A stretch of 39,088 nt of DNA from NCBI GenBank assembly GCA_022562075.1, contig JADFPZ010000002.1, positions 1 through 39,088 on the forward strand. Reading direction: 5' to 3'. Each line of letters opens with the position of its first letter. The first letter of the stretch is position 1. A program made the translations under genes and the position numbers. Below are positions 33,138 to 39,088 of this stretch, piece after piece. The notes beneath the pieces are model-generated. The model searched no databases, was not told the origin of the DNA, and saw only the letters and a list, made by a program, of their open reading frames with translations. Source of the stretch: Candidatus Zixiibacteriota bacterium (GTDB lineage: Bacteria > Zixibacteria > MSB-5A5 > GN15 > FEB-12).

Positions 33138-34074
33138 CGCCCGCAGATGCCCTGGCCGATTCTATTTTAAGAAGCGCCAATCTGTCTTTTATTTTTTCGA
33201 AAACGCTTTCATGGTAACCGCAGATATCTTGGGGGTCGGCAGACATAATCGCAATGGCAGCGTCTACTTCTTTTTGCCGGTTGCCGGAGTTAAGCTGCTC
33301 TGAAAGAATATCCATTGCTTCATCATTGCCGATTTTGCCAAGTACTTTCATGGCCAGTTTTGCTTTTAAGCCGCTGGCCGAATTAAGCGCTTCTTTTAAC
33401 TGTGCTAACAAGCGGGTAGTGTCCTTGGTAAGCAAGGCTTCGACCGCTGACAATCTGGCGCCGTAGTAAGAATCACCCAGCATCTGGACCAGATAAGAAA
33501 TTGTTTCAGCCGAATTCAGCTTACCGGCAGAAACTACTGCCGCTTTCCTCACCTGTCCGACCGAGTCATTAAACGAATTAATAACAGCTGCCACAGCCCG
33601 CAAATCTCCTATTTTCCCCAGCGCCCTGATGCTATATTCTCGAACCTGCCAATTGTCATGATTGGCCACACCAAGCAGCGACAGGACCGCAGCCGAATCA
33701 CTGATATCCCCCAGTGTCCAGCAGACTCGTTTTATAACCAGCCACTCAGGCCGGCTGAGAGCATCAATCAAATCAGGCAGAGCCGGAGAACCGATCTTCT
33801 TGAGAATCTTTATTATCGTCAAACGCTCTCTGGCAGACTTGGTAGTGAACTTATCAATCAGAGGCGGTACTGCCTTTGCTCCAAGTTTTGCCAGGGACTC
33901 TATAGCCGGGTCAACTTTGTCACGATATTTAAGCTCGCCTGATGAGGCAATCACAAATATTGAATCTATTCTTTTTTGAAGTTGCACGGGGGTTCTGTTT
34001 GATTCTGCAGCCGCTAAAGTAAGGGCCGCTACTAAGATAAAAGATATGACAGCTATGAAAATCTTAATTTTCAT
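33115..34074 (-). CDS. secreted HEAT-repeat (PBS-lyase HEAT-like) protein
   Basis: 319 aa with a signal peptide (MKIKIFIAVISFILVAALTLAAA). It has repeated ~30-aa units of the type AVPxLIxxLxDxxxxVRxxAxxALGKIGD. There is an ATGA overlap with the upstream gene and a 23-nt overlap with the downstream gene. Confidence 0.8.
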   Translation of the reverse strand: MKIKIFIAVISFILVAALTLAAAESNRTPVQLQKRIDSIFVIASSGELKYRDKVDPAIESLAKLGAKAVPPLIDKFTTKSARERLTIIKILKKIGSPALPDLIDALSRPEWLVIKRVCWTLGDISDSAAVLSLLGVANHDNWQVREYSIRALGKIGDLRAVAAVINSFNDSVGQVRKAAVVSAGKLNSAETISYLVQMLGDSYYGARLSAVEALLTKDTTRLLAQLKEALNSASGLKAKLAMKVLGKIGNDEAMDILSEQLNSGNRQKEVDAAIAIMSADPQDICGYHESVFEKIKDRLALLKIESARASAGDGTYSAN

Positions 34075-36011
34075 TTTTTGGTCTCATCTTCAGGGATAAG
34101 TTCAATATCCATGCCGCCGCCCCATTTTGATTTTGTCTGCCAGAAAAAGTCATCTCTGCCGTTGCCCAGATATTGATCGGAGCCTCCGAGGTCAATGAAA
34201 AGACCGATTGAGCCAAAATCTCTGCGGGGGTTGCCGTAACCCTGGCTGTTTTTTTCATTATGGATAAAATAGCGGTCTTCGCCTGAGTTATCTATCAGAA
34301 TCCCGACGCCGTTGGCTGAGCCGGCTGCCTGAGATAAATCATAGGCGGTATAAGTATCATTTCCGTTTCTGTCCAGCAAGATACCCGCGGAATAGTCATG
34401 GCCGCAGCCCTGCGAGACTCCTTTGGAAAAGTAAACGTCGTTGCCGCTGTCGTCGGTGAGAATACCCAGTGACATATGGGTGCCGGCTCCTTGTGCATAT
34501 TGAAAAGAATGATAGTTGTCATTGCCGGCTTTGTCAGAAATAAATCCGAGTGACCACCAGTAGCTGGAGCCCTGACCGAATATATCTGTATAATAGCTGT
34601 CGTTTCCTTCAAGGTCGATTATGCCGCCTATTCCCCCGGACATAACCGGTCTGAGGCCATAGCCGAACCCTTGAGACAGCGAAATATAATGGTCATCATA
34701 ACGCAAGATATCTTTGTACTTTCCTCCGGCGTAATATGAGTCTGAGCCTTTAGTGTCACAAATAAGACCGCAGCCTTCTATAAACCCGAACCCCTGAGCA
34801 AAGAGCGCCCCATTGTAAATATCCCTGCCTCCTTCATCTACCAAAAGCCCCAGTCCGAATGAGCCTGCCCCCTGTACATGGGTGTCGCCGTCATAACGGT
34901 CGTCTCCCGCAGCATCATATAGAATTCCGAACCCAAAATAACCTGAGCCAAGAGAAAACGATTTAGCGTCATATCTGTCGTCTCCCTCGAAATCGACCAG
35001 GATACCGACAGACAGACAGCCAGAGCCTAACGTAAAATCGCTGCGGGAGCGGTAACTGTCATTGCCGCTGAAATCAATAATGATTACTCCGTGAGGGTTG
35101 TCAGGGTCATATTCCAGGTCATAGATGTCATCCCCGCCAATATCTAATATGAAATAGTAATCGCCGTTGTAATAGTCGTTATCAGGACCACCTATGGCCC
35201 AGCCGGGCTGCCTGCCCAGGAAAGCACTAAGATCCGTATTATCCGGAAGAAACCCGGTTACTCTCATAAAATCTTCGGCGGCGTCTTCTCCTCCCCGCAG
35301 CTGCTTTCTTAATCTCTTGGTCTCAAGTAGTATCATTTTCAGGCAGTCTATACCTGCTCTGATAATGGGGTCTTTGTCTATTTTATGCGCGAATTCTACA
35401 AACTGGTCGGCATATCTCTCTTCTGCTTTCTCCAGTGAATCATGTTGCTCTATCGTATAAAACTCTTCTTCTAAATCGCTTGTTATTATTTCTTTGAATT
35501 TGGTTGTCAGAAATCTTTTTTGCTTCTTAGATAGCGGTGCCAGCATCATTTCAGTTGAACGGGGAAATACCTGGTCAATATATACAGCCATCCGGGCCAG
35601 AAACTGATTGAGGCTCTGATTCAGGAAATAGAGAGTATAGGCTTCCCCTGCCTCTGTCCCCTGCGGCCGGTAGGCCCTGCTGCGGGAGCTCTGGCCGGTC
35701 ACAGCCAGATCATCAAAGAGTATGGAGGCCAGAATCTCCGGCTGGCCTTTGATATGAACGCCTTTTAGCTCGTCGACATAGCCAATCATATCCAGGGGCT
35801 GACTCATAAGTGCCGCAACTTTGCTCAGGCGAAAACCGTCCGGGTCGTGATAGTCCTGGCGAAAAGAGATATCTTTTGGATGCAGGCCTAAATAGTCGGT
35901 TAATAGAAGCAGCCCCTGCTTTTCCGGTGACATTTTCTTATTATTCTGAGCTGATGCACTCAAGGCTAACGAAAGTATGAGGCACATACAATAAACAGAT
36001 TTCACTGACAT
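34071..36011 (-). CDS. secreted protein: ~280-aa helical N-domain + ~12 tandem ~26-aa GxDxY...QGxG repeats (predicted beta-solenoid)
   Basis: I prefer the ATG at 36011 (MSVKSVYCMCLILSLALSASA|Q, a signal peptide). The track ORF extends to a TTG at 36050. Example repeat units: VGILVDFEGDDRYDAKSFSLGSGYFG, FGILYDAAGDDRYDGDTHVQGAGSFG, LGILTDDSGNDVYFSKGVSQGCGHDYS and AGILLDRNGNDTYTAYDLSQAAGSANG. Confidence 0.8.
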   Translation of the reverse strand: MSVKSVYCMCLILSLALSASAQNNKKMSPEKQGLLLLTDYLGLHPKDISFRQDYHDPDGFRLSKVAALMSQPLDMIGYVDELKGVHIKGQPEILASILFDDLAVTGQSSRSRAYRPQGTEAGEAYTLYFLNQSLNQFLARMAVYIDQVFPRSTEMMLAPLSKKQKRFLTTKFKEIITSDLEEEFYTIEQHDSLEKAEERYADQFVEFAHKIDKDPIIRAGIDCLKMILLETKRLRKQLRGGEDAAEDFMRVTGFLPDNTDLSAFLGRQPGWAIGGPDNDYYNGDYYFILDIGGDDIYDLEYDPDNPHGVIIIDFSGNDSYRSRSDFTLGSGCLSVGILVDFEGDDRYDAKSFSLGSGYFGFGILYDAAGDDRYDGDTHVQGAGSFGLGLLVDEGGRDIYNGALFAQGFGFIEGCGLICDTKGSDSYYAGGKYKDILRYDDHYISLSQGFGYGLRPVMSGGIGGIIDLEGNDSYYTDIFGQGSSYWWSLGFISDKAGNDNYHSFQYAQGAGTHMSLGILTDDSGNDVYFSKGVSQGCGHDYSAGILLDRNGNDTYTAYDLSQAAGSANGVGILIDNSGEDRYFIHNEKNSQGYGNPRRDFGSIGLFIDLGGSDQYLGNGRDDFFWQTKSKWGGGMDIELIPEDETKK

Positions 36012-36087
36012 ATTAACATAAAGAAAAGATTTGAATTGAATCAAAAGCAACTAAAAGCGCTTTGCCAGGAGCAGCCCGAAAAAGGTA

Positions 36088-36121
36088 ATAAAAAAGCGTC
36101 CCCGTTTGAACAGGGACGCTT
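36088..36121 (-). terminator. rho-independent terminator after pilA paralog 2
   Basis: On the minus strand, AGCGTCCC (complement of 36113-36120) pairs with GGGACGCT (complement of 36095-36102) and is followed by TTTTTTATT. It lies 66 nt after the stop. Confidence 0.75.
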
Positions 36122-36186
36122 TCATTAAGGAGATGATTGCCGGGGCCCGCCAGTCGCAGGCTGCGGCAAAAATCTTAGGCGACAAA

Positions 36187-36624
36187 TTAGGTAGCAGTGA
36201 CGTCGTTGATAGTATTCAGCAAGGTACCGTCCTGGTCAATTGTCCAGGTGTCGATAGCAGGATCGTCATCCAGATCTGCAGTTGCGGTACAAAGAAAGGT
36301 GTTAAGAGCGGCAGCCATTGTATAGGTATAAGCATTACCGATCATGATTTCTACGCCAATCTCCGGGAAAAGACCTCCGCCAGGTGCCACGGTGACACCG
36401 GCATCACCATATCTGGCTGGTATGACTACGTTGCTCTGACGATAGGTGCGCTGCATTGTATAGACCTGTTTCAGAAGCTGTTTGGCTTCTGACTGCTTGG
36501 AACGAGTAGTAGCCTGCATGAATCTCGGAATGGCCAGAGCAGCCAAAATACCGATAATCACGACTACGATCATCAACTCGATAAGGGTGAAACCCTTCTG
36601 ATGATTGTGGAATTTTGTGAACAT
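36187..36624 (-). CDS. pilA: type IV (T4a-like) major pilin, paralog 2
   Basis: 145 aa. It has the prepilin signal HQKG|FTLIELMIVVVIIGILAALAIPRF with Glu at +5, and the C-terminal block CTATADLDDDPAIDTWTIDQDGTLLNTINDVTAT. An AGGAGG Shine-Dalgarno lies upstream. Confidence 0.9.
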   Translation of the reverse strand: MFTKFHNHQKGFTLIELMIVVVIIGILAALAIPRFMQATTRSKQSEAKQLLKQVYTMQRTYRQSNVVIPARYGDAGVTVAPGGGLFPEIGVEIMIGNAYTYTMAAALNTFLCTATADLDDDPAIDTWTIDQDGTLLNTINDVTAT

Positions 36625-36693
36625 GTGGACCTCCTACAGTCTCTAAAATTAAGGGTGTCTGTTTCAATCAGTTTCCTTACTCTAACTGTATTG

Positions 36694-36708
36694 GCAAACG
36701 CTGTGCCA
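36694..36708 (-). promoter_or_regulatory. sigma-54 (-24/-12) promoter of pilA paralog 2
   Basis: The minus strand reads TGGCACAGCGTTTGC, i.e. TGGCAC-N5-TTGC with the canonical GG-to-GC spacing. It sits 70 nt upstream of the ATG, and a sigma-54 activator gene lies upstream in the same cluster. Confidence 0.8.
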
Positions 36709-36906
36709 AAACCTGCTGATATACTTGATTTCGGTGCCAACAGGGATAACTGTAGACAGAGCACGGAATTTTATCTGTTTTTTTTGATAAGTGTAGGAGT
36801 TGCCCTATTCTTTTGCGACCTCTTTGGGAAGAATCCCCCACGGCAATTTGCCAGAAACTTTGCATTTTGCAATTGCCCTGCCGCATGCACTTGCCTGTCA
36901 ATACCA

Positions 36907-36938
36907 TAAAAAAAAGCCCGCAGATGACCTGCGGGCTT
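36907..36938 (-). terminator. rho-independent terminator after pilA paralog 1
   Basis: A 9-bp stem AGCCCGCAG/CTGCGGGCT (36915-36923 and 36929-36937) is followed on the minus strand by TTTTTTTT. It starts about 20 nt after the stop. Confidence 0.8.
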
Positions 36939-36957
36939 CCGTCTAATGCCATAAAAT

Positions 36958-37383
36958 TTATGTCGCGGTTACGTCGTTGATAGTATTAAGCAGAGCGCCG
37001 GTCTGGTCAATTGTCCAGGTGTCTATGGCGACGTCATCATCGATATTGGCAGTAGCGGTACAGATAAACGTATTAGGGGTTGCCGCAATTGTGTAGACAT
37101 AACGGGCATTGGGCATAATTTCAATCCATATTGCACTAAATGCCAAAGGAGTAGCTGCAGAAGCTGGTCCTCCGGGGATATAATAGGTATTAAGCTGATT
37201 TGACTGCCTGTAAGTGCGTTGATTCACGTAGATTTGCTTCAGAATGAACTTCACTTCACTCTGCTTGGTCTTGGTTGTACTTTGCATAAACCTTGGTATA
37301 GCCAGGGCAGCCAGAATCCCGATAATCACAACGACTATCATCAATTCTATTAACGTAAAACCCCGATGGTCAGAACCTGCCAT
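36958..37383 (-). CDS. pilA: type IV (T4a-like) major pilin, paralog 1
   Basis: 141 aa. It has the prepilin signal DHRG|FTLIELMIVVVIIGILAALAIPRF and the C-terminal block CTATANIDDDVAIDTWTIDQTGALLNTINDVTAT. A GAAGGAG Shine-Dalgarno lies upstream. Confidence 0.9.
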   Translation of the reverse strand: MAGSDHRGFTLIELMIVVVIIGILAALAIPRFMQSTTKTKQSEVKFILKQIYVNQRTYRQSNQLNTYYIPGGPASAATPLAFSAIWIEIMPNARYVYTIAATPNTFICTATANIDDDVAIDTWTIDQTGALLNTINDVTAT

Positions 37384-37435
37384 CTTTTATTTCTCCTTCA
37401 TATTCAATCATCATACTTCTATGCGTCTTTTTAGC

Positions 37436-37452
37436 TGCAACTATCATTCCCA
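37436..37452 (-). promoter_or_regulatory. candidate sigma-54 promoter of pilA paralog 1 (weaker -24 element)
   Basis: The minus strand reads TGGGAATGATAGTTGCA. The GG and GC have correct 12-nt register and the -12 TTGCA is perfect, but the -24 is GGGAAT instead of TGGCAC. It lies about 53 nt upstream of the ATG. Confidence 0.45.
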
Positions 37453-37481
37453 AATGCTGTTAAAAAAAATCGATCAACTGT

Positions 37482-38876
37482 TCAGTTTTTGCCCATTTTT
37501 TTTGGAGTCTTAATTTTTCCGCTGTCATTCAGGTCATATCGCTCTAATTTACGGTAAAGAGTAGAGGTATCTATCCCCAGAATCCTGGCTGCTTTTGACT
37601 TTTTGCCGCCGGTCTGGCTCATGACATAATGGATATAGGCTTTTTCGATAGATTCCAAAGTCGGGTTGACCGGATCCTCTGCTGTGACCACCGACCGAGG
37701 TTCGACTGCCGTCAGTTTTTCCGGGAAATCTTCCGGCAGCAGCTCGCTGCCTTTGCTTAAGAGAACCGCCCGCTCGATTGTATTTTCCAGCTCTCTTACA
37801 TTTCCGGGCCAGCTGTAATTGGTAAGGGCAGCCATTGCACTTTCGGAGATGTCTTTTGGCTCAAGGTTAATCTTACTGTAAAATTTGTTAATGAAATGTA
37901 CAACCAGAAGTTTGATATCTTCTTTGCGCTCCCTCAAAGGGGGAATATGCAGCGGTATTACATTTAAGCGGTAGAATAGATCTGCACGGAACCGCCCCTG
38001 CTTTACTTCTTCTTCAAGGTCGGCGTTGGTGGCGGCAATCAACCGAATATCAAGTTCCAATTCTTTGGTACCTCCAACAGGTGTCAATTTCTTCTCTTCT
38101 ATTACCCGCAGGAGTTTTGCCTGAAAAGCCATCGAAGTATTACCGACCTCGTCAAGCAAGAAAGTGCCTCCTTCAGCTGTGCTAAAGAGCCCTTCTTTAT
38201 CTTTAATGGCGCCTGTAAAAGCTCCTTTTTTGTAACCAAAAAGTTCCGACTCTAACAGGTTTTCAGGAATGGCAGCACAATTTATCGAAACAAACGGACC
38301 GTTTCTGCGAGGGGAATGATGGTGAATAGCCCGGGCTATTACTTCTTTACCGGTGCCAGACTCTCCTCTGAGAAGAACAGTCGAGTCTGAGTCGGCTATT
38401 CTGCTGGCCAGTTTCTTCAAGTTTACTATTGTAGCCGATGTCCCCAAAAACTTGTCAAATGAATTTCCCTCTTGCAACTGCTGTTTCAGAGAGATGTTTT
38501 CCTGCTGGAGTTTCCTGCGGCTGAGAGATTTTTCGATAGCCAGTTTGATTTCATCGACTTTGAACGGTTTCGTAATATAATCGACGGCGCCTCTTTTCAT
38601 GGCTTCTATAGCCGTATCCACCGAGGCATAGGCGGTCATGACAATCAGGTCCTGGTCTTTCTTGAACTTCTTAACTTCTTCTAGAACTTCTAAGCCGTCC
38701 ATCTCAGGCATATTCAGGTCTGCGATGACCAGGTCATAGTCGTTTTGTTTTATCTGGCTGATAGCTGCCAGTGGAGAGTTCACAGTCTCCACGGAGTAGC
38801 CCTCTTTTGAGAGCATAATCTGCATAAAATCGCACATAGATTCTTCGTCGTCTATTACTAAAATTTTGGCTGTCAT
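37482..38876 (-). CDS. pilR: sigma-54-dependent response regulator (NtrC/PilR type)
   Basis: It has a receiver domain (ILVIDDE ... DLVIADLNMPEMDG). The AAA+ sigma-54 activation domain has Walker A GESGTGKE and the GAFTGA loop. A C-terminal Fis-type HTH is present (SKAARILGIDTSTLYRKLERY). I prefer the ATG at 38876; the track ORF starts at 38900. Confidence 0.9.
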   Translation of the reverse strand: MTAKILVIDDEESMCDFMQIMLSKEGYSVETVNSPLAAISQIKQNDYDLVIADLNMPEMDGLEVLEEVKKFKKDQDLIVMTAYASVDTAIEAMKRGAVDYITKPFKVDEIKLAIEKSLSRRKLQQENISLKQQLQEGNSFDKFLGTSATIVNLKKLASRIADSDSTVLLRGESGTGKEVIARAIHHHSPRRNGPFVSINCAAIPENLLESELFGYKKGAFTGAIKDKEGLFSTAEGGTFLLDEVGNTSMAFQAKLLRVIEEKKLTPVGGTKELELDIRLIAATNADLEEEVKQGRFRADLFYRLNVIPLHIPPLRERKEDIKLLVVHFINKFYSKINLEPKDISESAMAALTNYSWPGNVRELENTIERAVLLSKGSELLPEDFPEKLTAVEPRSVVTAEDPVNPTLESIEKAYIHYVMSQTGGKKSKAARILGIDTSTLYRKLERYDLNDSGKIKTPKKMGKN

Positions 38877-39088
38877 TTTTTTCGCCTTCGCTTTTTGCAA
38901 GACTTCCCGGTTTCAGGCTTATCATTCTAAGTTTCGGCAGGTTACAGGCTTTATCAACAAGCGAAAGCAAGGTTGCTCACAGATTAAACAGTACTTTGAC
39001 AGCTCTTTGGGGCAGCTTATATTGGCTTTCAAATTAGAGAGGATGACGATAAGTTAATGGCCAATTATTCACCAAGAGAACGGATTGA

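Noticed and set aside
36051-36087. TGGCAAAGCGC motif upstream of the beta-solenoid gene as a third sigma-54 promoter.
   Set aside because: The position 12 nt after the GG is T, not the GC of a -12 element (TGGCAA-AGCGC-TTTT). It fails the spacing rule.
36106-36909. Track ORFs in and around the pilin intergenic regions (36106-36492+, 36404-36667-, 36573-36764-, 36601-36909+, 36677-36952-).
   Set aside because: They overlap the pilA coding sequence in other frames, or span the terminator, sigma-54 promoter and palindrome region. No RBS or motif was seen.
36187-37383. Pilin paralogs as a gene-conversion or DGR-type antigenic variation cassette.
   Set aside because: Both copies are complete genes with a signal peptide, promoter and terminator, so neither is a silent cassette. 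No reverse transcriptase and no template/variable repeat pair exist in the window.
38996-39088. Possible plus-strand gene start at 39057 (MANYSPRERI...) preceded by TTGACA-16-TATATT (38996-39023) and a GAGAGGA Shine-Dalgarno-like sequence.
   Set aside because: It is plausible, but only about 10 codons lie inside the window. No product or frame confirmation is possible, so it is not listed as a feature.
1-39088. Search by eye for CRISPR arrays, long direct repeats, IS elements, integrases, rRNA and reverse transcriptases.
   Set aside because: None was found. The only repeats are the coding paralogs (pseudopilins, pilA), the intragenic amino-acid repeats and the single palindromic element at 26910-26990. 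A computational repeat scan would be needed to exclude short dispersed repeats.

Overview
39-kb chromosomal window from a Gram-negative, probably uncultured bacterium. The fused LpxC-FabZ and the sigma-54/PilR-controlled type IV pilins suggest an FCB-superphylum-like lineage, but that is inference only. About 37 genes are present. I saw no rRNA, tRNA, CRISPR array, transposase or integrase.

Housekeeping blocks:
- ccmF(partial)-ispH-lipA-pdxT-pdxS on the minus strand (1-4070).
- A Cys-less Rrf2 regulator divergent from iscA, a DUF2480-like gene and fdx (4185-5918).
- Saccharopine-dehydrogenase-like gene, large vWA-like membrane protein, ispB-like prenyl synthase and an alpha/beta hydrolase (10128-15466).
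- A tightly packed 8-gene minus-strand run: lpxC/fabZ-lpxA-Gfo/Idh/MocA-lpxB-waaA-lpxK-nadB-guaA (15531-25294).

Non-housekeeping parts:
1. 6070-10099: four tandem, mutually paralogous, oversized GspG-like pseudopilins. Each carries a C-terminal beta-sandwich, and two carry a further unknown ~150-aa Cys-loop module behind a Gly linker. No assembly machinery is nearby. This is my best candidate for an undescribed system.
2. 25295-27702: an AT-richer islet with an orphan secreted protein, an RHH protein, a sigma-70-region-4-only protein and a GC-rich nested palindromic element.
3. 27703-31899: an envelope trio of CPBP intramembrane protease, an omptin-like outer-membrane protease with catalytic DxD/DxH retained, and a membrane-anchored coiled-coil plus DUF4097-like beta-helix protein.
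4. 31896-36050: an operon-like trio of a secreted ~26-aa-repeat (GxDxY...QGxG) beta-solenoid protein, a secreted HEAT-repeat protein and a YprB-type RNase-H-fold exonuclease with a helical tail.
5. 36187-38900: two tandem pilA paralogs, each with its own sigma-54 promoter and terminator, downstream of a PilR-type activator.

All family calls come from motif recognition by eye. No searches were run.
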